Assembly (NCBI RefSeq): GCF_006345805.1
Contig: NC_043004.1
Span: 16,864,001-16,928,000, forward strand
DNA: 64,000 bases
Reading direction: 5' to 3'
From: Octopus sinensis
Lineage: Eukaryota
Part shown: piece by piece, positions 26,201 through 40,620 of the stretch
Layout of the letters: each line of letters begins with the position of its first letter
Position numbering within the stretch: position 1 is the stretch's first letter
Program-made: the position numbers and the translations under genes
The notes under the pieces: generated by a model
What the model saw: only the letters and a program-made list of their open reading frames with translations
Databases searched by the model: none
Told to the model about the DNA's origin: nothing

Positions 26201-27437
26201 TAGGGGTTGGACAAAATAATAGAAACACCTTAAAATTTCAAGCAAATTTATATTAATATATGGCAGGACCGCCTTTGGCAGTAATTACAGCTTGAATTCT
26301 ACGAGATATGGACTCGTACAAAGTTTGAATTGTTTCCAAAGGAATTTTTGTCCATTCTTCAGCTAAAACAGTCTCCAGTTCTTGTAGTGATGATGGTAGA
26401 GGATATCGACTCCTTACTTGTTTTACTAAAATGCACCATAAAATGTTCAATAATATTGAGATCTGAGGACTGTGACCAGATAAGATGCTCAACTTCACTA
26501 GAATGTTCCTGGTACCATTCAGTAACATCTTTAGCTGTGTGAATTTGTGTATTATCATCCTGAAAGATTGCGTTTTCCCCCGGAAGCACTTCTGAAACCA
26601 TAGGATGAATTTGATCAGATAAAATGCTTAGTCTTGACTATTAATTCTGCTATAAAGGGAAACCATTGGGCTGGCAGATTTCCTAGATATAGCCCCCCAG
26701 ATCATCAAACATCCTCCTCCATGTTTAACAGTTGTAAGAAGGCAGTCTGTGTCAAATGCTTCTTTTGGCTCTCACCACACGTATACTCAGCCGATGGTCA
26801 GAAATTAGGTAACGGATGACTCGTCCAAGAAAATAACATTCTTCCACTGCTCTAGGGACCAATTCTGTAGGTTTTTACTCCACTCTAAACACTTTGCAAT
26901 ATTTGTTTTTGAAAGTATTGGTTTTATAATTGCAGCCTTCCTGTGAAATCCGGCTTTGTGCAGCTCCCAGGGAACAGTTTTCGTGAAAACTGGATCCCCG
27001 AGGTGGTCAATAAACTCTGCAGTAATTTTGGGAGCTGTACTTTTGTGATCTTTTCTAACAATTCGTGTAAGAGTCCGACGGTTTCAATCTGAAGGTTTCG
27101 GTTTTCTTCCGGAGTTTTGTTTCGATGAGGAGGTTTTCCCTCTTTCTTAAAGGCTGTCATTACTTTCGAGACAGTACTTCTTGATACACCAAATATTTCT
27201 ACTGTTTTCGTTACGCTACCGCCAGCCATGCGAAAGTCCGGTAGATCTGTCATTTTAATGAATTTTAATTACCTTTTTTTATATCTGAAAAGGAACAGCA
27301 ATTTTAGCAAAACATATTAAGCCACACTAATAATAAATCAGAAGACATACAAATAACAAGCTTTTGACGCTTTTATAGATATTTCAAAACTATGATGCTA
27401 TGATGCTAGGTGTTTCCATTATGTTGTCCAACCCCTG
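26201..27437 (-). mobile_element. Complete but decayed Tc1 transposon (DD34E type)
   Basis: 29-bp TIRs (26201-26229, 27409-27437; 3 mismatches), TA left and CA right. Frameshifted transposase with HTH GVSRSTVSKV, IFLDES, TVKHGGG, FQDDN..HTAK, DLNIIEH, RRIQAVITAKGG. Confidence 0.92.
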
Positions 27438-27519
27438 CACAACTTTGTAACACTGGAATCTGCAGATGAGCTTCAAGAGAGCACAGCTTGAATTTTTGCC
27501 CTATCTACATAATATATAT

Positions 27520-27773
27520 TCTTTTCTCTTATGCTTGTTTCAGTCACCCGACTGTGGCCATGCCGAAGCACCGCCTTTCGTCGAATTAATCAGCCCCAGG
27601 ACTTTTTTTTAAGCCCAGTACTTATTCCATCGTTCTCTTTTGCCGAACCGCTACCCCACGGGGACGCAAACACACCAACACTGGGTGTCAAGCGATGGTG
27701 AGGGACAAACACAGACACATAAATACATACACGCACGCACACACACACACACACGCACATATATGTGTGTGTA

Positions 27774-27832
<59 letters not shown>

Positions 27833-27991
27833 CGACAGGCATCATTCAGTTTCCATGTACTAAATCCACTCACAAGACTTTGGTCGGCCCGAGGCTATAA
27901 GTAGAAGATATTTGCTCAAGGTACCATGCAGTGGGACTGTACCCGAGACCATGTGGCAGGGAAGCAAGATTCCTACCATACAGCCACTCCT
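27520..27991 (-). mobile_element. SINE family B, full length
   Basis: Head AGGAGTGGCTGTATGGTAGG through tail on the minus strand. Confidence 0.85.
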
Positions 27992-28208
27992 GTATTTATA
28001 TATAAGCATGTATCCATATTCGACAGGATTCCTCAAAGAGTCTGTCTACGAAATTCCTTCGACCTGGAGCTATAGCTGCCGCTCCGTAGGACTGAACCTG
28101 AAACCATGTGATTGCAAAGTGATCTCTTTAACCGCACACCAGGGCACTGTGATTTTATTTCAGTTCTGAAGAATAGTTATTAAAGCACACATTACAGAGT
28201 GACTGAGA

Positions 28209-28520
28209 AGGCATCTGGCTTAGCCGTTAGAATATTCGGCTTACGGTTATGAGGTTCTAAGTTCGATTTCAGACAGCATCTTTTGTCCTTTGATTTCACG
28301 TTGCTCCTATCATTCAGATAGCAAAAATTAGTTATACCTGTGATTCAAAAATGCTAGCCCGTGGTTTCCTGTTTCACGTTGAAAGTCCCCGAGGACTACT
28401 ACGTGTTAAGAGTACGCGTGTTTGTGGACTGCTCGGCCACTTGCACATTAATTTCATGAGCAGGCTATTCTGTTGATCGAATCAGCTGGAATAGTCGTCG
28501 TCGTAACTGGCGGAAAGCCA
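28209..28520 (+). mobile_element. tRNA-derived SINE family C
   Basis: A box TGGCTTAGCCGTTAG, B box AAGTTCGATTTC; body shared with 42011-42271, 47611-47809 and 51327-51595. Confidence 0.75.
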
Positions 28521-28879
28521 GACACAGAATGACTGGGAAATAAGAGGATGAACGAATTCCAGTTGAGAATAATCATCCAGTACACGGATAATAGTATTCT
28601 TCTGTATACGCAATATAAAGGCGAGTATGTAACTTTGTGATTCAAATAATACTGCTAACATCTATGAGTAGAACATGATGAAAAATATATGCGTATGTAT
28701 ATATATGTGTGTGTGTGTGTATGTATGTATGTGTGTATGTATACATGTATGTATGCATGTATGTATGTATATATATATACATATATATATATATGTGTGT
28801 GTGTGTGTATGTATGTGTATATATATATATGTATGTATGTAATATATATATATATATATAATATATATATATATATATT

Positions 28880-28925
28880 ATCTTCCGTTTGCTTTAGTCA
28901 TTACATTGCAGCCATGCTGCAATAT

Positions 28926-28984
<59 letters not shown>

Positions 28985-29038
28985 TATATATTGCAGCCCA
29001 GCATGGCTGCAATGTAATGACTAAAGCAAACGGAAGAT
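28880..29038. repeat. Perfect 40-bp inverted repeat around a (TA)n core
   Basis: 28880-28919 is the exact reverse complement of 28999-29038; the arm resembles the SINE B tail. Confidence 0.95.
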
Positions 29039-29785
29039 ATACATACAGACGTATACACGCACTCGTACACACACATACACATACACACAAACACACACCA
29101 GAGTCCGTATACAATTACATTGCTACTCTCTTCGTATGTGAAAATATATAAAGCATTGCTTGCGGAATATATGTATACGGTTTTTATGTCACAGGAATCA
29201 CTGTTCGATTGTAACGTATTGCACAGAACACATTGCTGCTGAATTAAAATCACGCTAAATATGAGGGAAATGGGTTCCAAATCAATATATAAGTCATCAT
29301 TAATTTGTTTTAGAAATTCTTGCGGCTACTTCACCATGACTTTAATGGAATCCATTTTAGGTAGAATGAGAAAATACAGCTAAAGAACTCAAATAGGATT
29401 ACATGGGATTGCTAATGCTTCAATATGTATGCAATAAGTTTCTAGTAAGCTGTAATAATCCGCACAGCTACAAATAATGAAGTAAGCTTAAAGATAATCT
29501 TTTCTTTCATGCTTGTCTGAATTTTATGAATAAAATAGGTTAAACTCTAATGAACGCCAATCGGATTTTCGCTTCTGGTAATATAGCATGTATTCGTCTG
29601 TTTGAGGATTGGTCGAGATTTTTTTTTTCTGAAAAGATGGTTAGTTTTGGGCTAAAATTAAGTGTTAGAGTAAAGACTGAGGTACAGATAGAAATTATGA
29701 TTTCAATTCGTCTCCAGCTCTGGAATAAATCAGGCCCACATGTTATCTTTTGAATACTTAATAGCGTAAGACATTCGACGTTCAC

Positions 29786-30187
29786 GTAGGTGTAGCCATG
29801 GCAGTGCGGTTAAGAAACTCGGGTCGCAACCATGTAGTTTGGAGGTCAGGGTTCAGTCGCACTGTGCAGATATCCTCTTCTATTGCGCTGAACTGGCCAA
29901 TGCATTGCGTGAGAATTTGGCAGACGGAAATTCTGTGGAAGCCCAACGTATATATAAAAGGAGTGCTTAAAGTTCTTGGGCTTTAAGGGTATTGTGAAAG
30001 ACCTAGTTGAAGGCCCAACCTTCCGAGTTCTTTTACACGGTTTAAAAAAAACTGAAAGACTGCTGCAATAAGCGTGTGAATCTGAGAAGGGAATATGATG
30101 AATAAAATCATAATTAACTGATCATCTTGTATATTCTTTTACCCAAAGTCAGGAAATTTCCAACACATCCATATCTATCTATCCATC

Positions 30188-30235
<48 letters not shown>

Positions 30236-30469
30236 TGTGTGCGTGTGCGTGTGTGTGTGTGTGTTTGAGTGTGTTTGTGTGTGTATACATATATCTATAT
30301 ACATATACACACATATATATATACATATATACACATATATATATATATGCAAATATGTATATATATACATATATGCATGTATACATATATATATATATGC
30401 ACATATATATACATATATATATGGATATATATGTATATATATATACATATATATATATGTATTCATATA

Positions 30470-30500
<31 letters not shown>

Positions 30501-30531
30501 CTATTCATAGATATATATATACATATGTATG

Positions 30532-30566
<35 letters not shown>

Positions 30567-30760
30567 TTATCTTGGCGCAAGTGTTTGTCCTATCACCGCT
30601 TGAGAACTGGTGTTGATTGATTTCCATCTCGGTAACCAGAAGACTGATAGAATAAGTACCAGACTTCAAAAATGAGTACCGAGGTCGATTTCATCGACTA
30701 AACCCTTCAAGGCGATGCTCCAGCATCGACGCAGTCCTATAACTGAGACTACAAAAAAGA
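29786..30760 (+). mobile_element. Diverged SINE family B split by a nested mariner element and expanded microsatellite
   Basis: 5' half 29786-29955; 3' half ~30560-30760. Confidence 0.65.
29957..30173 (+). mobile_element. Mariner deletion derivative (MITE-size)
   Basis: Imperfect TIRs GGAGTGCTTAAAGTTCTTGGGCTTT / AAAGTCAGGAAATTTCCAACACATCC; retains transposase C-terminus KLKDCCNKRVNLRREYDE*; sits in TA repeats. Confidence 0.7.
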
Positions 30761-31411
30761 TATGAAGGTAGCGGTGTTTTTATTTTATCAACCAGTATAG
30801 ATATATTTTTGTAACATAAGTGCAACCCAACACGGCTTCTAACTTTCCTTTTCGTATGACCTTTAGTCGCTTCCGCCAACTTCTGTTGCTTGCAACATCT
30901 TTTAACAACGTTAAAAGAGAGCGCAAACCTCCGCCAATTCAACACCAACGTCCTCTCAACGATTAGCCAGATATGATTTTTAAAATAAGAATATCTGAAA
31001 TAAACTCGAGTGCTCTCACAAACAAGAGTACTAGAAATTAACCCGACCGGTCTCAAAAATTATGTAAAAAAAAAACGGAAAAATAATGAAGAACCCTTTC
31101 CAGTGCCTCATTGATCACAATGGTAATCATGGAATGTGAAGGTGGCTGTAGAAAATTTAATAAGAGTAATAAATAGTTTATCCTTATTTAATACAAGCCA
31201 AAGTTAACAAATTCACCTTTCAAAATAGTTTTAAAGGTGGGGGTAATAATGATAAGTTGTACTCAAAAATGTTTAAATGAATAGCATGACGCATTTTGGT
31301 TTACTCCTCTCTTAAATTCCGGGTTTCCTTTAGTATTACTGCTGTTTTAGATCGATATATAGATGTACGTATATATGTAAGTATACTGTAATGTGTTAAT
31401 AAGTATGTATA

Positions 31412-31725
<314 letters not shown>

Positions 31726-31944
31726 TAAAAATATGTTAATGTTATTTAATTTCTGAACGGTTTTGCTGCTGTTTGTTTATGTAATTTGATGTCTTTATCC
31801 ATCAGTTTCTACTAAGGTAAAGACGGGAATAAAATTAATAATAGAGAGATGAAAATAAAACTTTGGAAACTGCCTAAAGGGAGATAACTGAGAGAAACTT
31901 GAAAGTCAACGTAAGATGGTAATCATGTAAAGTAAATATAACAA

Positions 31945-32131
31945 AATTCAGAATCCTTCTCTGGAATGGGATGGATGCCAAGTTTTAATCAGTTCGTGCT
32001 AGTCACGAGACCAAACATTCCTGAAAGTTTCATCTGAATCTATCCAGCGGTTCTTGAGATATCTTGTCTACGGACAAGCAAACGAACACGACTTAAAACA
32101 ATACCTCCGCTTTCGCTAAGGCGGAGGTAAT
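31945..32131 (+). mobile_element. Non-autonomous Helentron-type (HINE/DINE-1-like) 3' fragment
   Basis: ..CCAGCGGTTCTTGAGATATC..ACGGACAAGCAAAC then terminal hairpin TACCTCCGC/GCGGAGGTA (32102-32129) followed by AT. Confidence 0.55.
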
Positions 32132-32895
32132 AATGAACGGCAAAATCGTACTCAGACGGAAAGGAACGAAACTAGCTCAATACTTTTTTTCTTGCCATTA
32201 TTATTTTGACACAAGGATGCAAATTTTATAGAAGAGCACAGGTTATTTAAACGAATCCAATACCTAACTTAAAGGACACTGGCGTGTGAAAGGATCAATC
32301 TTCTGTGTCAAGATTTGAACACAAACACAAACAATTACTAGTATTAATAGAAAATTTGGTAAGTTGTGTGATATTTATTGCACTGGTGCATAATTATTGC
32401 GGCTTTCTATCGACAAATTTTATTCAACATAAAAAACAATATTTAACAAATACATCAAGCAAATGGGAAGCAGTAATTGTAGTGGATGGTGAATAGGCTT
32501 CGAAATAATCTTTTAAAGATGTTTTTGTTATTGATTTTGTTGAATGAAATTTGGAAAAAAAGCCCGCAATAATTATGCACCAACCCAATAATTTATCTAG
32601 AACATTATCATAATCATACCATTGTATAGTGGTCAGCTGACAGAATCGTTTGCACATCAGACAAAATGCATAGTGGCATTTGTTCCGACTCATTAACCTT
32701 TGTGTTCAAATTCCACCGCCGTTCATCCTTTCGATGTTGATAATATATTTATAATTGCACTATTGTATCTATTGTGAAAGACAGTATGCACAACTAACGT
32801 TTCCTGATCTAGATACATTCTTAGGTCAATAATCACACTGTACATCTTTGTGATTTCATTTTGTGAATCACTGCTTACAAACACACACACACACA

Positions 32896-32936
<41 letters not shown>

Positions 32937-32961
32937 TACAGACGTACATACATACATATAC

Positions 32962-33048
<87 letters not shown>

Positions 33049-33341
33049 TAGATATATCATTAATTAATAAATCTTAGGGTAGAAAAAATTTAGAAAAATT
33101 CTTTGCTATCAGTGGTCTAGCGAGAAGAAAAAATTAGTCAATAGACTATATATTATTCATATAAAAATACAGTGTACATTTAAAAACATAAGAGATAGCC
33201 ATAGTAGGACCTAAATAGGGTAAATGTTTTTAGTTTTCATTCCCTTTCAAAATTACAACTATTAGTGGTTTGTAATTTAACTACTCTTTCTAGCGAGCCA
33301 GATGTCCTGTTAAGGCCATCTCTTATGTGTTTAAATGTACA

Positions 33342-33380
<39 letters not shown>

Positions 33381-33916
33381 TATAGAGAGAGAGAGATGGG
33401 GAGGAGAAAGTGAGACTCAGACACATACACATAGGTGCAAATACAACGTCTGTTTATCACACGAATTAAAACAAATGTTTTGCTGCCTTTTTTGCTGGTT
33501 AGAACAAAAGAGACATTATTCATCACATTTACACTTTCTCAAACAGGAAAGATTGATCGAAGTGTTGATTTTCAGTCTATACATCACCAGAAAAGAAAAT
33601 GTAGGATACAGTTGTGCTAAAGAAGGTTTGAACCTGTTGTGATTTCACACCATCTCGAATGAAACACCGTATGGAAGGCGAAAAGAGAAGAAATGTGTGA
33701 GTTAGATTTTTGTTCCTGATATCCTACGCGCGTAAGCTAAAGCAGCGTGTTTGTAATCACTCGTTTCTGTCTGTTTGTCTGTGTGTTAGCAAAGTTACTG
33801 GAAAACGGCTGAACAGAGTTTCACCTAAGTTGGCAGAAATATTCATTGGCTGAGTGGTTGGAAATGATGAAAGTTTGATCTGGTTATCTCCAAACATACA
33901 TAAATACATACATAAA

Positions 33917-33948
<32 letters not shown>

Positions 33949-33955
33949 TGTGTGT

Positions 33956-34001
<46 letters not shown>

Positions 34002-34783
34002 GTCCGTGTGTCTGTCCGTGTGTGTACAGTGATGGATTCGAAGGTTTCATTTATTTACGAGTTGATTTCTTAATTTCACTGGAATATAAATACCTATAAT
34101 GGTGATACTTAAAAAAAGCATTATCTGCGCGCAGGGTAAACATCGCCCCTCCGATGCCTTTTTTCCCTTCTTTCATTTTCATTTAACCACAGGCATAGTC
34201 GATTGAGTGAACTTACGATCAAAAGTGATGTATCCGTGCCCAGTGTCTTTTCCCTATACGGAAGCACTGCAAGACTACATTGTCCAAAGTGTCGTTCTTA
34301 AGATGTTATTGAGGGAAACTTGACTGGATGAGAAGAGGATACCATATATACCAGCTAATAATTGACTTCAAAGCGATCCTAACAAGTTTGGGTCCCTGTC
34401 GTATGTTACAGTGATAGCCCTATCTTGCCTGTCTTGTATATACCCACTAATAAACAGTGGTACAATCAATAAAACGTGTAGTCAGTATAGATGTTCAAAT
34501 TGGGTTATGTCTATATATATGATATAATGAACTTCAATAAAAGAACCAAATGTATAAAAGAAGTTGGTGTTTTAGATCCCTGCTGCCAGGAAAGAAGAGA
34601 AATATAACTTGTGAACCAGAATCCCTTGTTGCCTTGTGCTGATTGTTTGCAATCCAAAGTAACCAGAGCTAAATTGGCTGACACCGATGTGGCTTTTGGA
34701 TCCACGTATCTCCTGTAGTGGAGTTTGTCAGCCTGCTGATTGCAGATTTCCAGAGCTAAAGGCTACCAGAAATGTAAGCAATC

Positions 34784-34818
<35 letters not shown>

Positions 34819-34837
34819 GAGAAAGAAAGAAAGAAAG

Positions 34838-34892
<55 letters not shown>

Positions 34893-36003
34893 AGGAAAGG
34901 AAAGGAAGAAAGAAAGAAAGAAAAAACGTGTCAGGGCGAGAGAGAAGGTTGTGTAATCAAACAGAAGCAATGTGTTGATAAAAAAAAGCGTTTATCAATA
35001 CGTAGTGGCTGGTTCGTTACTTTAGGAATATAAAATGCCTAAGCATTTATCCTCAAAAGAAATGACTAAAATTAAAACAGTACAGAATAGTGCGGGTTAA
35101 AGAGGAAATGAAAGTGAAAAAAACGGTGATAGAATAAAAGATTTAAAAGAGTTGACAGAGAAAGGGAAGTTGTATCTACAGAGAGTGAGGCATGAGAAAG
35201 AGAAAGGAGAGACGAGGAGAGAAATAAGAGGCCAAAGAGATATAAAAGTTTTCGGTTGTTTGAAATGAAAGTGAGAAAAAATGGTTTAGAATAAATAGTA
35301 TGAAAGTAATTTAGAAATATAAAGAAGAAACATGGTTTAAGATACGGCTATGAAAGTAAACGGTTAGCAAGACATAAAATACGTGGTCAAATGTATTGAT
35401 CTGAAATAAGCCGAGACAGTAAGTCAACCGATACATGCATTAGAGGAAGTTTATTATCATGCTTTATATTGTTGATACTTTCTACATCTACTGAGAGCTT
35501 CAGTCTCAATTTTCTTTTCCAAAGTCGGCAAACAATTTTCGAAGATTTCAGATAAACATACAGAAATATTAACTTAATAAATATGATGCAAAACATAAAT
35601 GAGTATCAAAAGTGTGATGATTATGGAGCGGCAGACCACATTCCAAAGACATAGGGGTCTATTTATATCTTACTACTTTGTGAAACAAAAGCAATCTATA
35701 AATTCACATTTGCTTTCAAAACGTGTTTAACTTTTACAGAATTAACTCGTATTTCTATCTTCAGTTCCATCAAGCATTCAACATTTTGTTCCAGTAACCC
35801 TAACTTAATCATCAAATAATTAACCGCTGAATGCATCAGCATTTTATGAGACTGGTATTACAACACGGTTATATGTTTTGAGTTTAGTTGCCGAGTTAAT
35901 TTTCATCCCGGCTTCAAAGACATTGCTTTATGTTTGACCTATTCTATCTTCCTTGTCTCTTACTTTCAATTTCAATTTTTTTCTCTGTTTATCAACTCAC
36001 CCT

Positions 36004-36077
<74 letters not shown>

Positions 36078-36971
36078 GAGTGGCATGGATTCGATATTTT
36101 CGCCGACCATACTTATCTTTTCTTGTAGGTGGATTAAATTAATTTTTTTCGTATCGCCTCTTCTGAATTTCACGGTAGAGATTCTCAACTATACTTCAGA
36201 TTCCCATATATTTGAAAACCAAATCATACCGATGCATGCCACCAATATCCTATCAATTCTAGCAAGAAACCTCATTTCAACTTTTGTTCTTGTTTTTAAC
36301 ACATAATATAGCTCAACTTTACCTTTTGTTTGGTTTTGTGCCAAACAAATCTTATATCTTTTGAAGACGCAATATAATAGATTTAGGTAGGCAGAGTAAA
36401 TATTATCTCTTCACAAACAAGTATATCTTGCAATGATACACAGCGCATTCTAATAATCCATTTACTAATATGAAAGCTATGCATTTTTTTATGTTTGCGC
36501 AGCTTCGAATACAGAATCAGTTTTCTTGTTGATTTCTTTTTAATTATAACACCTTCTCACTTTTTACGAACATTCCCAACTAATCTCCATCCAATAAACT
36601 AATTGCTTTATTATTTCATTGTTCCCATGCTTTTCCTACAGTTTAAACATTGGAAAAGGGCTATTTATTAGATCCTTCCTGCTTTTTTTTCCTTCTCTCT
36701 ATTGTTTATTCTATTTCATAGTTGCATTTTCGGCATAGTTTTACCGATAATTGTTCGTTTCGGGTTTTTTTCTCTCTTTTTTACTTGCTTATCTTTTTCG
36801 TAATTTATTTGTTAGTAAAAGGAGTGACAGAGAATGATTTTAAAATCTTTTTTTCTCGGAATATTTCTAATGCTATTGTTTCTGAAACAATCATTTTATT
36901 TATCTAATTTCACCATTCTTTTATATTTGGTTTAAACTATTTCGTAGCATATTTACACACACACACTGTAA

Positions 36972-37009
<38 letters not shown>

Positions 37010-40000
37010 ACAGACTAGCACATGTAAAGTAGTATGCACTGCTTACTCACATTTACGTATAGAGCACTTCTTACATATGTACAGACGTAAATGTAGACTT
37101 ATAAACATATAAAATGAAACACAGATAATATAAATACGCGCACAAATGCAATACTATGCGCACGTATTCATGGTTTTATTCTGACTACTTTCACTTTGAT
37201 TGAAATTCTCCATCAGGCAATTATTTTCAGTATATGGTTACAATATTTCCCTGTTGTAACTGACGCTTTCTTCCAATTATGTCTTTTTATGTGGTATCTT
37301 TCGTAAATACATAAACGAAAACATTAACCTGCGTTTCTGTTGCTTTTATAAATATATTGCTATAGATTTTGAAAATGTAATGTTAAAATTCTTGCTTTTG
37401 ATAATAATGTTGGTTATGTTTGAACATAAAGCATAAACTACAGATTTACAGAACCAAATACGAAAGCTATGTGCTTGCTGTTTACGTTAAATCTCCAAGG
37501 CTGTTGAAAACATTTTACGATGTTTTTGCTAGTCTGCTAGGTTGCTTGCCGCTTCTTTTAAGCCTGTATATCTATTGATTTTTGAGGAATATGAATGTGT
37601 GTGCAAGGTGTAATCTTAAGAAAAAATATGAGATTCTTATGGAAGGATAAATGAAATAAAATACTTTGCCTTTCTAAAATGTATTCCCATCGTAAATCAA
37701 GCAAAATAAAATTTCACCAACCTAAAATCATTTCACTACTTTGATATTAGGTGAAGGAGAATAAAGCACAAGAAGGAAGTTAGGTGTTGTTAAGTCCACC
37801 TCGAATCATACAGGTCTGCGATTAGTCGGCATTCCAACATTAACCATCTATCTTTTTTCAGTAATACATACAATACATCATGGTTTCTATTATTTACTGT
37901 TATTTTTAGAAAATAGGAGAGATAACGGATGCTTTTTCCAGCGGTTTGACCGACAACATATTGTTCCTTAAAAAATTAAGATGCAGGAGCTCTCTGAATG
38001 AAGACAAAAGCCGACTAATGCCCTTCTTTTATTAATGTTTTTAATGCTGTTGTATGGTCTATGCCTTCTTTAGTGTGTTCGGGTAGTACAATAAAACATT
38101 TAAATTGTATTGTTTCTCTCCGTCACAAAAGTAAACCAAATCATTACACTAAATCAAAATTGAACTCAAGGATAGCTATTCCTTTCCCAAGAAGCAAGTA
38201 GAGCCTGTCTTTTCTTTGCAGTCATTTAATGGGACTTTTACTGACATTTTATCTATTAGCTATGAGCCCAAAACGCTTCATACAAGATTATTTCAGTCTT
38301 CTCGATTTGAGAATCGAAGATTTTTTTGAAAATTTAAATTATAAAAAGGGAAAATTAAAAGATGCGAAGAGCGGACTACTATCTCAAATCCTTAATGAAG
38401 TAACTGAAATCTGAAATTGAAAGCAAGTTACTCAGAATTTTTTTTCCAAAATATGCTTGTCTCCACCATCACAAGTTAACATTAACATATTAATGTCGCA
38501 TTTAGGACAAAGACATATTTAGGACAAAGTACAGCATGAATGGAGGTTTGAGGATTTACTAAAAATATGACTGCTGTGATTCAGACGACTTTGAAGTGAT
38601 TTGTACCTTAACTTAAATATTCAGCATTCCGGAATCCATCATCATAACTCACAGATTAGGGCACTAACTATTCACCAAATATGTATTAAGCCTGATGTTT
38701 ATATTCGGATTGGAAATGGGTAGATGTGATGTTCATGGCGTTTCAAAAATCTAAATTAAATTGTAAGTCACAAAAACATAATCAAAATCGATTTTATGAC
38801 AAAGATCACTAGAAAACTTTGCTTGATTCAAGAAACTCTCCAACGGTCCGAATCGTGGTCTACATGAAATAAGAGTAGCCGAATATTAGCGAGATTAGGT
38901 TTCGAGATTAGGATTAGGTTACCATAAATTAAATATATTGGATTAAATCCCAATTACTCGCAGCTATAAGACTAAAAGAGAGAATCATTTAATCCTCATA
39001 TAAGAATAATATTATCTACTCACTGTAGACGACTATATAACACTTGTTGAGGTTGTATAGCGATAGTTAACTACATACAGGCAGAAATCATGGTTCTAAT
39101 TACAGTTTTCAACTTTTAAAGCTGAAAAACTATATCATCGATATTGTAAGCAACTTCGATCTACGTAAGACTCATAAAACATTTTCACGAACATTTTTAT
39201 CTTTACTGATTCTTTCATCCATGCTGTTGTATTTTTTAATCTGAAATGTTTGTATAAAACATTTATACTTTTTATTTTTCATTTAGGGATATACTTCTGA
39301 TGTCTTTTTTATATTTATTTCCACTTTATATCTCCCGAGATAATCTGGAGGTTTTTACATAAAAGTTTTCTATTTCAGCTTATAAATAAATTTTTGCTAT
39401 CATTCTTATTTTTATATCAGTGAATTTTTCACAATTGCTATATTTACTTCATTTTTTTTTCTATTTTCGTTGTATATAATCTTTAGCCAGTTTCCCGTTA
39501 AATATATTGCTGACATAGAAATAACAAATAAATAGGAAATAATGCAAAACAAGAGAAATAATCATTTTTTTAAACTTTGCTTTGAAGTCAACATTTTATG
39601 GCATATAAAATTAATATATTTTATGTTGTTTAAAATTAATCATAAGACTGATATGACAAGTTGAAATATCTACATATACAATTTAATGATCGTACCTGAA
39701 AAATAAAAACAATGAAACTGTCTTATGTAAAGTAAAATAAATCAATATATTTAAAAATGTTTCAAAACTGTTTCTCCAAAACAATTTGAGGTTTTTAAGA
39801 CACTTATGAAAAAACTTGTTCTGTAGCTATGGTAGATTCTAACTACTTTGACAGTTTGAACGGATTAGAATGAAAGCCCACGAACAAAAGATACAATAAT
39901 ATTGTTTATAATGTTAGATGCAATAATTGCGCTGATTGATGATATTTTGCGTGTTGATGTCATTAAAACATGTCAAATACTACATTCTACATAGAATCAA

Positions 40001-40522
40001 CCATTGTTTTGTCATGCAAATGTTTACATTAATGACAATAATAGTAGTCTGAGAAGTATATTTTACAATCACAAACAGAAATGGAAGCTCGACAGCAAAG
40101 AGTAAATCCTACAATTAAGTTAGAGATACTTCACTCTAGTCTAATGAGTCTAATGAGAAGACTTAATAGAGAGTCGTTGATTACGTTTATACTTTCGTTG
40201 ACAGATTAATTACGTTTGATGTCAGAGATAATATATTACACTTTCAGTAAACACAAAATGTTTGGAAGGAAAACAAATCATCCTTAGACGGGAGATGATA
40301 ACTCGGTTATTTACAGCATAATTTACAGCAAAGTAGGCTTCCCGAAAAGGCCCTCGGGAACAAGAAGGTGATGTTAAACCAGATGTTGACTAAATTCTAC
40401 AGTATCATGCTATTTTGGTCTTCTAACTCTTAACTTACTTCGCTTTACATCCGACATATTAACATATTAGGAACCTATCTCGTACCTGTTAAATATAAAT
40501 ACACGTCATGTGCAGATTTTGT

Positions 40523-40576
40523 AAACAAAATACTTGTATCAAACAAAATACTTGTATCAAACAAAATACTTGTATC
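40523..40576. repeat. 18-bp tandem repeat, three copies
   Basis: AAACAAAATACTTGTATC x3 exact. Confidence 0.95.
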
Positions 40577-40620
40577 AACATACACCCACAAAGTTGGTAT
40601 AAGACCGAATTGGCTAAAAA

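Noticed and set aside
40523-40576. CRISPR-like short repeats
   Set aside because: No spacers; an ordinary tandem repeat in eukaryotic DNA.
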